Notes: a model not told the origin generated them from the sequence alone. 63,666 bases of DNA, filler included, from Stramenopiles sp. TOSAG23-2 (GCA_900128395.1; 7 parts of 7 records of this genome joined end to end with filler, not necessarily neighbours in it); one strand, 5' to 3'; shown: positions 32,178-44,478, counted from the first letter of the whole stretch. Numbers and translations are program-made.

Positions 32178-33172
32178 CTACAATTTAGAATCGCTACACG
32201 TAACTTCGCAATCTTTCGTATTCGGGCCGGAACAAGGCTTACCACCAGTGCTTACAAGAGAACAATTGTATGCACATATTCCAGAAGGATATGGTTTTAC
32301 AAATGTTTCGCCACCGCTATAACATTTCATTGCATTATGGCCAGACAGTGCTTACAAGAGAACAATTGTATGCACATATTCCAGAAGGATATGGTTTTAC
32401 AAATGTTTCGCCACCGCTATAACATTTCATTGCATTATGGCCAGAGCTGGGGCTGTAAAAGTTGCCGACAGCGCACGGATCTATCCCAGTTACACTCACT
32501 TCTGTCAGATTACACTCGATAAAACACCCATGATAAGATGGGCCAATTGCTTCGCTCATTCGGGCTATATGCAATTTTGAAGGGTCAAATTTTGATGGTA
32601 ACGGTGGGCAACCACCTGGAGAATTTTCACTTGGGAAATTTGCTTCCCATCCATAATCTCCACCTACTTGACCTTGCTTCCAGCACTTTGGGCCGTTTTC
32701 ATACTGAACGCACCCTTCAAAAATAAGACCAGGCTTATGGTCTACTGGGCCATAGGGAAAATCATGCACTGAGTTTGGTTTAGGATCAATACAATTACCA
32801 TTTTTCACAGAGCCACAACATTGCCCAGTTGCTGCGTGCAACATAGCATCAGCGTAATGAAGTGCGCAAAAATAGTACTCCCCAAGTGCCGTATCTGAAG
32901 CACAGTTAATACCATTTTTTGAACAGTTGTACCCAGCATTCTCATAACCGCTACACCATGTAAAAGAAGATGTATTTGCTGCGTAACATGATGCTTCTAC
33001 CTTGATGTGTGTTAATACCATTTTTTGAACAGTTGTACCCAGCATTCTCATAACCGCTACACCATGTAAAAGAAGATGTATTTGCTGCGTAACATGATGC
33101 TTCTACCTTGATGTGTGTAAGATAAGCGGTTGTCAGGATGGCGATTCCCAGCGCTGCGTAAGTATTGGGCAT
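32178..33172 (-). CDS. Secreted Cys-rich protein (~260 aa), broken by two exact tandem duplications
   Basis: Removing one copy each of 32905-33010/33011-33116 (106 bp) and 32246-32345/32346-32445 (100 bp) gives one frame from MPNTYAALGIAILTT to KDCEVTCSDSKL-TAG, with a signal peptide and many Cys. Confidence 0.78.
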
Positions 33173-33325
33173 TCTGTTTGTTTGAATATATTACAGCCTG
33201 CTCTTCTTGTTGAAAGGGAGAACTGGTGTTGCGTTCGTGTGTCACGTGTACTATGTTTTATGCTTTGCTAAGTACTATGTAGCTATTTATACATGTAATT
33301 AGAATAATAATAATATTATTGAATT

Positions 33326-33405
33326 GGCAATCCTCCAGCAATCAAGGCAATCCAGGCCTTGGGCAGGCCCAGGCAATCTGGCAATCGGGCAATCCAGGAT
33401 CCAGG
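33326..33405. repeat. Micro-array of (G)GCAATC x6
   Basis: GCAATC at 33327, 33338, 33347, 33373, 33381 and 33389, interleaved with CCAGG. Confidence 0.85.
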
Positions 33406-33522
33406 TTCCGAAAAAATCTTCTCTCTATAAGATCTATACCTGATTTACCAATAAACTACGTACACGTATTATATTATGATCTGTATATGTTGGTTGTTGT
33501 TGTTGTGCAACATTTTTTTGGC

Positions 33523-33595
33523 AAGCCTATAAGCCTACAGTATAAGCCTGGTCTGGTAAGCCTGGTAAGCCAGTAAGCCTCCAAAACAAGCCTCC
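33523..33595. repeat. Micro-array of AAGCC(T) x7
   Basis: Copies at 33523, 33531, 33544, 33558, 33567, 33575 and 33588. Confidence 0.85.
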
Positions 33596-34027
33596 ATTGG
33601 GCCATTATAATATTGGAAACAACAAATAAGACAATTATGAATGATGAAAAAAGATATGTTGTGAGGATAATAATGAAATTTGTACATACTGTAGTGAGAA
33701 ATACAACGCAAATTATTCAAGCAACAACATATTAGAAGAAGAGATAGATTATATATATATTGTAGTAAGATATATAAACACGGATTAACAGGATATAGAT
33801 AGATAGATATACTGTAAACTTAACCTTGATATATATATATACAGATATATAGATAGATATAGTTTGACATAATACAAGATCAAATAGAATTGTATACAGG
33901 ATATATATATATATATATATATAGTATATTATATTGTATTAGAAAGATATAGGTTTATTATTATTACAATTAATAGTAATTATAACATATATATTACTAT
34001 ATATTAGTCAATCAACAAAACAACAAC

Positions 34028-36340
34028 ATGACATCTTTACAATTGTTAACTACTGGTTTTACTTCTGACAAATTAAAATCCAAATTATCTGGTAAACTTG
34101 CACTTACGAATCAAATATTTCTATCGCCTGGAAACTTTGAAAAGTTTAAAAAAGATGCTATTGAGAAAGGAACCATACCAAGTGAAGCAAATTATGCTAA
34201 TACATATGGTGTACCTTTAGATTTATACGATAGAGAGAAATTTAGTACATACACGTTCAATGCAACATCGCATCCAGCGGTGCCAGATGATCGAATTGTA
34301 TTAAATAAATTTGCAATGCCATTTTGCCAATATCGATTGGATAAATCTATTGAAGTAAAATTATTTGAACAGCAAGAAAATGGTTCCTTTCTAAGTGAAG
34401 TTACCATTGAAGTAACTCCTTTCCGTGCAACTGAAAAAGGTAAGACAACAGATGATATACAAAAAACACATGATGTTTTATTGCAATCTTTTGACAAGCA
34501 TGTCTTGCATAACGGCCATGTATTGATTGTAAGTGGCCCTGATTCTAAACAGCCATTACATTGTACCGTAAAGTCCTTACGAATTGCATCGTTAGATGGT
34601 AGTGATGATAGCGGCAGTGGTGATAATTTTGATTTTGGATCAAATGTACGTGGAGTATTAAACAAAAAAACGGTTATTACATTAGTTGCAAAAAAAGGAG
34701 AAATGACATTATCTGGTGCATCAGAAGCAAAACAAACAGAGGCATTAAATATTGATTTTTTAGAAATGGGCATTGGTGGTTTAGGCAAAGAATTTAAAGA
34801 AATTTTTCGTCGTGCATTTGCTTCACGTGTATATCCTAAAGATGTGATAGAAAAGTTGGGAATTCGACATGTGAAAGGTATTTTATTATACGGTCCACCT
34901 GGTTGTGGGAAAACATTAATTGCACGTAAAATTGGTGAAGCATTGAAAGCAAGGCCGCCAAAAATTATCAATGGGCCTGAAATTTTAAATAAATACGTCG
35001 GTGGTTCAGAGGAGAAAATTCGTGAACAATTTGCAGATGCAGAAGAGGAATATAGGAAATTAGGGGAAGATTCTGAATTACATATCATTATTTTTGATGA
35101 AATCGATGCAATATGTAAACAACGTGGATCATCCAGAGATAGCACTGGTGTTGGTGACAATGTTGTCAATCAATTGCTTGCAAAACTAGATGGTGTGGAG
35201 CAAGTAAATAATATTTTAGTAATTGGTATGACAAATAGGAAAGATATGATCGATGATGCGTTGATGCGTCCAGGTAGGTTGGAAGTAAAAGTTGAAATTG
35301 GATTGCCAGATGAATTTGGCAGGACACAAATTTTACAAATTCATACATCAAAAATGAGAAACAGTGGATTTCTTGGCAGTGACGTTAGCATACCAAATTT
35401 AGCAACAATGACGAAAAATTACACTGGTGCAGAAATTGAAGGTTTATGCAAAGCCGCATCTTCTTTTGCTTTAAATAGGCAAATTGATGATATCAAAGCA
35501 AAAGGTGATATGAAATTTGATGTAGACAAAATTTCGGTAGATATGCAAGATTTTACAAAAGGTATGGCAGATGTACCAGCAAATTTTGGTGTGAAAGAAG
35601 AAAATTTACAAAAATACTTTTATAATGGTATATGTAATTTTGGACCAATTTTCAACAACGTGAAAGGTAGCTTAGAGGCTATGGTAGATCAAGTGCGTGG
35701 ATCTGACCGTACACCTTTGCTATCAGTCTTGTTACATGGTAAACCAAGTTCTGGAAAAAGTGCATTGGCTGCATATATTGCAGTGAATTCTAAATTTCCA
35801 TATGTTAAAATGCTTAGTGCAGATCAATTAATTGGTTATGCAGAGGCACAAAAAGTTGAAAAGATTCGTAAAATTTTTGACGATGCATCAAAGACGCCAT
35901 TATCTTTGATCGTTTTAGATGATATTGAAAATTTATTATCATACGTACGTTTAGGCGGGCGTTTTTCCAATGATGTCTTGCAAGCATTGTTAGTTTTATG
36001 CAAAAAAGTACCAGAAGAAAAAGGACGAAAAGTTATTGTGATTGGTATTACATCACAATTACGTGATATGGATTCATTAGGTTTAAAAGATATATTTAAT
36101 GTTACATTAGAAATGCCAAATGTTCAACCATCAGAAATACCAACTGTAATGAAACATTGGACGCCAGATGTACAGCAAACAAATGTTAATCAAATAGCAA
36201 AAAGTATGGGAGAATCTGATATACCAATTAAAAAATTATTAATGGTTCTAGAAATGGCATTACAAAGTGATGGTGGTGTAAATGAAGATTCATTTCAAAG
36301 TGCATTGATCAGGATGGGATATACTAGCATGGGATTTTAA
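34028..36340 (+). CDS. NSF: Vesicle-fusing AAA ATPase NSF/Sec18
   Basis: MGIGGL..EF..IFRRAFASR, GPPGCGKTLIAR, NGPEILNKYVG, IIFDEIDAICKQRG, second AAA module GKPSSGKS / DDIE. Confidence 0.96.
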   Translation: MTSLQLLTTGFTSDKLKSKLSGKLALTNQIFLSPGNFEKFKKDAIEKGTIPSEANYANTYGVPLDLYDREKFSTYTFNATSHPAVPDDRIVLNKFAMPFCQYRLDKSIEVKLFEQQENGSFLSEVTIEVTPFRATEKGKTTDDIQKTHDVLLQSFDKHVLHNGHVLIVSGPDSKQPLHCTVKSLRIASLDGSDDSGSGDNFDFGSNVRGVLNKKTVITLVAKKGEMTLSGASEAKQTEALNIDFLEMGIGGLGKEFKEIFRRAFASRVYPKDVIEKLGIRHVKGILLYGPPGCGKTLIARKIGEALKARPPKIINGPEILNKYVGGSEEKIREQFADAEEEYRKLGEDSELHIIIFDEIDAICKQRGSSRDSTGVGDNVVNQLLAKLDGVEQVNNILVIGMTNRKDMIDDALMRPGRLEVKVEIGLPDEFGRTQILQIHTSKMRNSGFLGSDVSIPNLATMTKNYTGAEIEGLCKAASSFALNRQIDDIKAKGDMKFDVDKISVDMQDFTKGMADVPANFGVKEENLQKYFYNGICNFGPIFNNVKGSLEAMVDQVRGSDRTPLLSVLLHGKPSSGKSALAAYIAVNSKFPYVKMLSADQLIGYAEAQKVEKIRKIFDDASKTPLSLIVLDDIENLLSYVRLGGRFSNDVLQALLVLCKKVPEEKGRKVIVIGITSQLRDMDSLGLKDIFNVTLEMPNVQPSEIPTVMKHWTPDVQQTNVNQIAKSMGESDIPIKKLLMVLEMALQSDGGVNEDSFQSALIRMGYTSMGF

Positions 36341-36567
36341 ATTAAGGATGAGTTTTCGATAGTGCCATATATGTACATGTGGGTAATCATTTTTATTTAA
36401 TATTTTTTAAAACTATGATACACACACCGTATTTTTAAAAAAAAATTAATTTTTTAATACGTATACCAGGTATACACGTATATCATATAATTGATATTTT
36501 TATAAAAAATCAAAAAAAAAAAACTTTTTCTTCTCTTTTCCTAAAAATTCTCTTTGTGTTCTTAATG

Positions 36568-37739
36568 TTATTTTACCTTTGATAAACCTTTTGGACCACG
36601 ATCTGTTGTCGAATCAATGGTACCTGGACGCACCCAATGTTTTGGCTGCCCTTCCATCTCGGCACGTACACTAGCCATTACACGATCTTTTGGTATATGA
36701 CCATCTAAGTCAACAAAATTAAATTGTTCGCCGCATTCATTGGCAAAGACTGTGCGGCCACTCCATCCTAAATTCATAATATCATCATGTGTATCTAGAT
36801 GTTCATGCTATGTTGTATATTTGAAACAAAAAAAGATAAATATTGAGGTTAGAGAAATATACATGTGTTTGTGTATGTATGATGTATGACAGATATATTT
36901 AAATATATATATACATATATTATACTGTACATACATTTTTTACTTACTGCTAAATACAATGCAACAATTGCACGGCCTGTATATTCTGGTGTTTCTGAAG
37001 CTTTGCTTTTTAAAATTCTTGGTCCTGCTTTTGTTGCTAACATTTTTTCTGTCCTAACTAAGCCTGGATACATTGAAACAATTGCAACACCATACTCTGC
37101 TAAATCATCTGCCATATCACTACTCATGCGATCAGTTGCAGTTTTAACGACTCCATGTGGTATACCAATATATTTTCTTACTCCGCCAAAACTTGAAATA
37201 TTGACAATTAATCCTCGGCGTTGTTGTATCATTGCTTTTGCTGCAGTGGATGAACTTGCAAAGTAACTTCGAAGCCCAACACGATTTGTTACATCCCATT
37301 CTTCCAATGTATCCCTATTCCACCATAGATTCATATTTATATCATTTGCATCATCTGCCGCACCATGCGAATTTCTTTTTCCAGTATGAGATAAATTCAT
37401 CGTAACATTATTGACTAAAATATCTAAGTGGTTATTATTATCTTGAAAAATCTTTTGAAATAAATTCTTCGTAGCTTCATCAACCGCAGCATCACATTCC
37501 ATCGGAATTACTTCTCCTTTGCTCCTACTACTAGTACTCATGATATCCTTCGCACTTTTTTCTAATGTGACAATATTTCTCCCTGTTATATATACACGAC
37601 ATCCAGCTTTAAATAATGCAGTTGCGATTCCTTTTCCAACTCCTTGACTTGCACCAGTAACTAATCCAACTTGTTGAAATAATGGCTGGTCTTTTTCCCA
37701 TGGGGCATTAATAGTTACTTGATAATGTACTTTTGACAT
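36568..37739 (-). CDS. DHRS1-like short-chain dehydrogenase/reductase, two exons (intron 36808-36947)
   Basis: TGASQGVGKG, LDILVNN, VNISS, PGLVRTE, SETPEYTGRA. GTAAGT donor and TAG acceptor join in phase 0 to HEHLDTH..SGRTV..F.FVDLDG. Confidence 0.85.
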
Positions 37740-38131
37740 AATGATTTTTTTTTACTTATTTATTAACTGTATGTGCTATTTTTCGTTCGCGTGTGCAACT
37801 ATAGTTTATATATAATATCTATTAACTGATACTTATCGTATATCGATCGTGTACAAACAATGTGGGTGACAAAGATTCTGAATGGTTTATCTATACAATA
37901 TAAATATGAGCCTATATGTATTATTGTATAAAACATTAACCCATTTTATTAGTCCAACCATCAATACCACCACAACATCATAATATATAATATATAAGAG
38001 TATAATATATATAGAGTCTTATAAGGTATGAAAAAGGTAGAAATGGAGATATAAAATATACAAAAAAGCAAGAAAACAAACAAAAAATATTACCATAACA
38101 ACAAGAATAATAACGGAAAATAAGAATAATA

Positions 38132-39091
38132 ATGCCATATGGACGCATTGAAGGTAGTTCCAATACAAAGGCCGTAGTGACTGGTGGTGGCAACGGTATG
38201 GGTCAAAACATTTGTATTAATTTAGCTAAGCGTGGTTGTGATGTTGCTTTTTGTGATGTGAATGAAACACATATTAAAGATACGCTGGAAATCTTACGTG
38301 GTATAAATAGCTCAGGTACGTTTTATGGTGCAATATGTGACGTACGCGATGGTGAAAAATGTTATAGTTTTGCGAAAGACGTGCTTGCTGCATTTAAAAC
38401 AGATTATGTGAATATGCTTTTTAATAATGCTGGTGTAGGTGGTGCTTTTAGTATTTTTAAAAAGGAAGATCATAATGCTTTTGATTTTATTCTTGATGTT
38501 AATTTTAAAGGTGTTGTTAATATGACAAGAGCTTTTGCAGAACCATTGCGTGCAAGTCCAAAAGGAGCATTGATAAATACAAGCAGTATTAGTGGGCTAC
38601 AAGTTAATGCTGGCACGGCATATAGTGCATCAAAATTTGCAGTCAGAGGTTTCACTGAAGGGTTGATCTCTGAATTTGCTGAAAATGCACCAAACGTATC
38701 TGTTTATTTAGTCATGCCTGGATATGTAGCAACTAACATGGGGGTAAATTCATCTACTTCCCATTACAGAAGATATCGTGGAAAGGAACCAAGTGAAAAG
38801 TTATTAAAAAAATGGACAAATAACTTGGCAGATTTTACAGAAAGCAATGTAGGATTGTCACCTGAAGATGCTGCTACAATAATTTTGAATGGCGTTGAAG
38901 AAGGCAGATTTGATATTTTCGTTGGTGATGATGCAGTAGCTACAGATATTGCTGTTAGAGCTAGTAGGATTGGAGCAATCTATCCATTAACAAACATGAA
39001 TATTGGTAAAGTATCTGTTGATTTAGCTAAAAAAGGTGATCCAACATATTATAATGGACGTCAATCACAATTAAAAAAATCGAAATTATAA
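38132..39091 (+). CDS. Classical SDR oxidoreductase with peroxisomal PTS1
   Basis: TGGGNGMG, NNAG, INTSS, YSASK; ends in SKL. Confidence 0.9.
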   Translation: MPYGRIEGSSNTKAVVTGGGNGMGQNICINLAKRGCDVAFCDVNETHIKDTLEILRGINSSGTFYGAICDVRDGEKCYSFAKDVLAAFKTDYVNMLFNNAGVGGAFSIFKKEDHNAFDFILDVNFKGVVNMTRAFAEPLRASPKGALINTSSISGLQVNAGTAYSASKFAVRGFTEGLISEFAENAPNVSVYLVMPGYVATNMGVNSSTSHYRRYRGKEPSEKLLKKWTNNLADFTESNVGLSPEDAATIILNGVEEGRFDIFVGDDAVATDIAVRASRIGAIYPLTNMNIGKVSVDLAKKGDPTYYNGRQSQLKKSKL

Positions 39092-39615
39092 AATAAAAAA
39101 GTCTGAATGAAGGGCGTTAAACTAAATTAACTAAAAAACACATATTTTTTCCCCCACATGTTTTTGTTGATTTTCATTTTACCTGCGTCTCAAATATATT
39201 ATATATAATATAAATTCATTGTCCATCTTTCAGTTTAGTGAGATAGATATTATTGTCTCAGTTATTGTATTCTTTCTGGGAGAGTAGGGAATTAAATCAT
39301 GAGTAAATTAAAAAATATAAGTTAATGCATTAGTTATATACTATATATTTTACGAGAAGTATTATACATGGTGAGTAAGAGAAAATTATACACTCGTATA
39401 CGAACTTCGTATTACATATATTACTGGTGGTGTCATAAAATGCATGTACGGTATTAAACATCAATACTATTATTAAAATTTACACGCACACAATTTATTT
39501 TTATATGATATACTATCATACGAAAAGTATATTAATATGAAGCCGTAAAATCATATTATATTTGTACGAAGTACAAACATATTTCGTAAAAAAAATTATA
39601 AAACAAAACACACAC

Positions 39616-41073
39616 TCATTTACTGTTGTTCAAGATACGATGAGCTTCCGCTAAATTGTCTTTTACCGTTCCATGTGTTTTCACTGCATCAATTACAAGA
39701 TCACATAATGCATTGTAAATGTATGCATTTGTACCTTGTGGTGTCTCGTAAATTTTCTTTAAAGAACTTGAAAGTCCAATAATAGCACACCAGCCAACGA
39801 CACACCAGAATTTATATCTAGACCATGCTAATTCAAATGGATATGATTTTTCATCAACACCTTCTTTAATTAGTTCATCATACCATACACGCACGATATC
39901 TTTTTCATATTTTCGTCTATAATATGGTGGGCAAGTTTGTGCAATCATATAGGCAACATCTCTTATACCTTCACCAACTTGAATAATTTGCCAATCTAAA
40001 TATACCAACGATTCATCACTACCATCTTCTTCTGATACACGTAATATGTTTTGACCATGAAAATCTCCATGACATAATGTATAACCAAATGGCCGATTTG
40101 ATACCATATTAGCTGGATCGCAAATATAATTCAGGCTAAATTGTACAGTCTCCAACATTAATTTTTCTTCTCCACGCCATTTAAAATGCCCATAATGCTC
40201 TTCTACTAATTGCTTTGTTTTTGGCCAGGCACCAGCATAGATTCCAGCAAAAAGATTTGCATGTGTTGGTTTTGTTAAATTTAAAGAAGTATCATTTAAT
40301 AAAGATGAATCTCCCCAAAATTTAGCATGCATTTTAGCAATTGCTTTCGCTGCTTGTGCTACATTTTTCTTTGGAACAGTAATTGATGCAATAATTTCCG
40401 GTGGTGGCACAGTTGGATCAGGTCTTTCATTGACATATTCAGTCACGCCATAATATGTACTTGGTGGTGTCAAAATATCAGCTTTCATGTTTTTTCCATT
40501 TCTTGTTGTAGCATCTGATAAAAGTAATATAAAGTCATTATTAATTGAATTGACATATGTATAATATGATTTTGGAATAGCCATCTCCTTTGGAATCATA
40601 TTGGAACGCGTGCCATAAAAATTGCATTCCCTCCACAAACCAAGCATCATATTTAAAACCCTACCTTCCGTATCTTCTCTTGACATTTTTATAACAATGG
40701 AAGATGGTTGTTCAATTGTGTTAGATTGTTCATCTTTATCATATGTTAACGTCACTTTAGCACTATCTGAAGTTTGCCCAGCAGCGAACGGTGTCACTAC
40801 TGCTTCGGTAACTTTTGAATTTTTAATAGCACCACATTTTCTTAATTTATCTGTAAAAAAATCTGGTTCCAATGCTTTTAAATTCTTTGGCAAGCTTGCA
40901 CCACTTGTTAATGGCCGGATAATTGGAGAAACAATTGCAGTCATGATAGAGGTAATTGTGAAATATGTACCGTCAAATTTATTTGACACTTTTCGTCCAA
41001 TTTGCGCAAGTCCATATAATATAATCAATGTTGTTGCAGAATATCCAGCAACGCGTGATGTAGTTTGTCCCAT
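39616..41073 (-). CDS. Ecdysteroid-kinase/APH/choline-kinase-like phosphotransferase
   Basis: VIK, RE..FY, HAKFW, TLCHGDFHGQNIL, YLDWQ and D(V)AY motifs. N-terminal MGQTTS plus a hydrophobic segment. Confidence 0.85.
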   Translation of the reverse strand: MGQTTSRVAGYSATTLIILYGLAQIGRKVSNKFDGTYFTITSIMTAIVSPIIRPLTSGASLPKNLKALEPDFFTDKLRKCGAIKNSKVTEAVVTPFAAGQTSDSAKVTLTYDKDEQSNTIEQPSSIVIKMSREDTEGRVLNMMLGLWRECNFYGTRSNMIPKEMAIPKSYYTYVNSINNDFILLLSDATTRNGKNMKADILTPPSTYYGVTEYVNERPDPTVPPPEIIASITVPKKNVAQAAKAIAKMHAKFWGDSSLLNDTSLNLTKPTHANLFAGIYAGAWPKTKQLVEEHYGHFKWRGEEKLMLETVQFSLNYICDPANMVSNRPFGYTLCHGDFHGQNILRVSEEDGSDESLVYLDWQIIQVGEGIRDVAYMIAQTCPPYYRRKYEKDIVRVWYDELIKEGVDEKSYPFELAWSRYKFWCVVGWCAIIGLSSSLKKIYETPQGTNAYIYNALCDLVIDAVKTHGTVKDNLAEAHRILNNSK

Positions 41074-41768
41074 GGTGATTATCTCTCCGTGTGTGTCTCT
41101 TGAATCGTAATTTTGTTTATTGTTTTGAAATACTGTTTGGTTATGTGTCGTGGGAAAGACATAGATGCCTTATACAACTTCAGTCTTACACTTTTTATTA
41201 TTATTATTATATATAAAGAAAAAATGTTTTTTTTTTGGATGTGGCGGATTTTATAAATAATTATTCTCATAAAATTTAAGGTATGGGGGCTGATTTCTAG
41301 CTAAAGCTTGAGCTGATGGACAAAGGTAAAAAATTTGCTACAGTATGCTATATAGGCAGAAATGTGCAAATCGATGATGAGTATACATTTCACTATACTA
41401 AAAACTACACCTAACAAAAAAGGTGTGATCCATAGGATCCACAGGTGTAAATCCGGTAAGAAGTAAAATTTCCAGCTGCATAGCCAACCACAGGAAATGT
41501 GATATGCGAATCCTATAAAATTGTGTGAAGGATCTTATTAATAAAATATTTGAATGCTGTGTACCTGTTATTATTTTTTTTGGTGGAGGATGGACACTGC
41601 TGTAAAAATGAAAAATGAATAAAGAATATATATAGATTTTTATAATTAATAATAATTGTATTATATGATAAAATACAATAGATGAGCAAAATACCAATCA
41701 AATATATTATACAGATATAAAGAAATACGAACGAACGAACGAAGATTAATCAATTGACATATCGAAAC

Positions 41769-42722
41769 ATGTTTGCTAAATCAATTGCAAATAAAATTAT
41801 AAAAAAAGGTGTACGTTTTTCATCAAGTGCAAATGTTTGGGTTAATAAAGATACCAAAGTCATTGTACAAGGTTTTACAGGAAAACAAGGTACGTTTCAC
41901 ACAGAACAAGCGATTGCATATGGTACACAAATCGTAGGAGGTACTACGCCAGGTAAAGGTGGCCAAACACATTTGGACTTGCCAGTATATAACACGGTGG
42001 AGGAAGCAAAAGCAGGCACGAACTGTGATGCATCCGTTATTTATGTACCACCACCATTTGCTGCAGCTGCAATTTTGGAAGCAATTGAAGCAGAAATTCC
42101 TTTAGTTGTTGCAATTACTGAAGGTATTCCACAAAAGGATATGGTTGAAGTAAAACATGCATTGGCAAGACAAAGCGCAACACGCGTCATTGGACCAAAT
42201 TGCCCAGGTATCATCAAGCCAGGTGAATGTAAAATTGGTATCATGCCTGGATATATCCATCAACCAGGTCGTATTGGTATTGTATCACGTTCCGGTACAT
42301 TAACATACGAAGCGGTTCATCAAACCACAACAACTGGTTTAGGCCAAAGTACTTGCGTTGGTATTGGAGGTGATCCATTCAACGGGACAAATTTCATTGA
42401 CTGCTTAGAACGTTTTACAAATGATCCAGAAACTGAAGGTATTATTATGATTGGTGAAATTGGTGGTGAAGCAGAAGAACAAGCAGCTGATTGGTTAAAA
42501 GAACATGGTGATCCAAATAAACCAGTAGTTGGTTTTATTGCTGGATTAACCGCACCACCAGGAAGACGTATGGGTCATGCAGGTGCAATTATTAGCGGTG
42601 GTAAAGGTGGTGCAGATACTAAAATCCAAGCATTAAAAGATGCTGGTGTACATGTAACTGAATCTCCAGCTGGATTAGGTAAAACCATGTTGGCTGCTAT
42701 GAAAGAATATGGAAAACTTTAA
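41769..42722 (+). CDS. SUCLG1: Mitochondrial succinyl-CoA ligase alpha subunit
   Basis: [33 protein letters not shown] (phospho-His), basic presequence. First ATG at 41769. Confidence 0.97.
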   Translation: MFAKSIANKIIKKGVRFSSSANVWVNKDTKVIVQGFTGKQGTFHTEQAIAYGTQIVGGTTPGKGGQTHLDLPVYNTVEEAKAGTNCDASVIYVPPPFAAAAILEAIEAEIPLVVAITEGIPQKDMVEVKHALARQSATRVIGPNCPGIIKPGECKIGIMPGYIHQPGRIGIVSRSGTLTYEAVHQTTTTGLGQSTCVGIGGDPFNGTNFIDCLERFTNDPETEGIIMIGEIGGEAEEQAADWLKEHGDPNKPVVGFIAGLTAPPGRRMGHAGAIISGGKGGADTKIQALKDAGVHVTESPAGLGKTMLAAMKEYGKL

Positions 42723-43188
42723 AAACGAAAGAAAAAGGTGTGGTGTGTGTATTTATAAAAATATATTGAGATCGATATATGATTTTTATATATGAAGGAT
42801 ATCATATGCATATTTTAAATTTTAATTTTTTAAAAATATTTAATCATTAAAATAATGCACACATATAAATATTATATAATCCATTTTTAATTTTCTTTTT
42901 TTTACACACACACACTAAAAACTAATATTTTTCACATTTACCATATCGAGACACCACACGCACACTAAATTTTCGTGTGTGTTAAAGCATTTTCTGGCAG
43001 TGTACATTTTTTCCTTTTAACCACGCACACATTGGAAACATGATACGTTTGTTAACATTTTTTACGACATAAAATTAATGACTATTGAAATCTTTCCGCC
43101 TCGTATTTTTAATTTACGAAGAGGGAGAATTTCAGAATTTCACCGCACCAAACACATTTTTCTTAATAATTTACAAACACCGTTTCTT

Positions 43189-44478
43189 TTAACCATACAC
43201 ACTACCAAATTTTGTTCTTGATGACATTGAAATGATTGGTGGATTTTTATATGGTCCAGCATATCTTGTAAATCCAAGTTTATATTGCCCAGGACCTGGT
43301 ACAAATGAATTACCACCTACACCATAATCAGGTCGTTGTTTATCTTTACTAAATTGAATTACAGGTTGACTACGTACAGTTGATAAACTTTGACGGCCAA
43401 TAGTTGCTGGTAAAACATAATCACCAGGTCCAACGCCATCTTTCTCTAACTTATTTGCTGGTCTAACACTTTTAGCAAATGCAACACCTGTTTCACTACG
43501 TTTATGTGACTCTATTTGTTTACCAGCTGCTTGTGGTAATTTATATGCACCAGGGCCAGGGCCACTATTGATTGCTGAATCTCTCCAATATCGTTCCCCC
43601 ATAGTTACTGCAGGTGCATTTTTTTGTTTATTAATGCGATATTTAGCAGAATGTACTTTATAATGACCAGGCCCAGGTTCAAATTTCGCACCTTTTGGAT
43701 CTGCTATCATGGATCCAAATAATTCTCTCCCAGCAATTGTTGATGCAGGTTGCGTTCTTAATGTTGAACTAACTTGTGGCCCAATAGCACTTGGTGTTTT
43801 ATATGCTCCAGGTCCTGGTGCATCTTTTTCATCTCTACTTAATTCACCCCGTGGAGCAGTTCCAAAGGATATATGTTCAATACCACGTTTTGTTGATTCA
43901 ACTTGTGGTCCAACCGAACCATGCATGACATAACATGGACCTGGCCCATCACGCCCTGGTTCTGCACGATCACCAACTAATTTAACACGTGATGCTAATA
44001 ATACACGCGGTGCAGATCGTGATTTTGATAATACTTGTTTACCTACAGCTGGTGGTAATTTAGCAAAACTGACATTTTTTGTTATTGATGAAAATCCATA
44101 ATCAGGGCGTGCCATTTCAGTGCCAAATTTAATAGTTGGTGCACGATGAAATGTAGATATTTTTAATGCAATTGCACGATCCATTTTACCTTGATCATAT
44201 TGGGAAGGGCCAACATCATTATTTGTTGCTTTTGGATCAGGACGTTTACCTTTTTGAAAGACAGCAGCAATAACTTGTGGATTTGTTGATAATACTTGTC
44301 GACCCAATGAAGATCTCATCTTATACGATCCAGGGCCAACTCTACCCTCTTTAATATTATCATTTGCACGTGCTGCACCTTGTGGAAACCCAATCGATGG
44401 CATTGATTTTTTCGTCGACATTTGTTGTTTCCCAATGGAACTATAAAATTTCACTTTTTGTACTGGTGGTGCAGACAT
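43189..44478 (-). CDS. SHIPPO-repeat (ODF3-like) flagellar microtubule-associated protein
   Basis: About 7 (P)GPGxY repeats, each followed by ..G.Q..S..R...P...F units. Confidence 0.85.
   Translation of the reverse strand: MSAPPVQKVKFYSSIGKQQMSTKKSMPSIGFPQGAARANDNIKEGRVGPGSYKMRSSLGRQVLSTNPQVIAAVFQKGKRPDPKATNNDVGPSQYDQGKMDRAIALKISTFHRAPTIKFGTEMARPDYGFSSITKNVSFAKLPPAVGKQVLSKSRSAPRVLLASRVKLVGDRAEPGRDGPGPCYVMHGSVGPQVESTKRGIEHISFGTAPRGELSRDEKDAPGPGAYKTPSAIGPQVSSTLRTQPASTIAGRELFGSMIADPKGAKFEPGPGHYKVHSAKYRINKQKNAPAVTMGERYWRDSAINSGPGPGAYKLPQAAGKQIESHKRSETGVAFAKSVRPANKLEKDGVGPGDYVLPATIGRQSLSTVRSQPVIQFSKDKQRPDYGVGGNSFVPGPGQYKLGFTRYAGPYKNPPIISMSSRTKFGSVYG

Noticed and set aside
33326-33595. CRISPR-like array
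   Set aside because: Repeats are only 5-8 bp with short irregular spacers, there are no cas genes, and the context is eukaryotic.
34192-35169. Long antisense ORFs (also 7490..8146, 23117..23719, 26149..26754)
   Set aside because: Shadows of real genes on the opposite strand, with no independent motifs.
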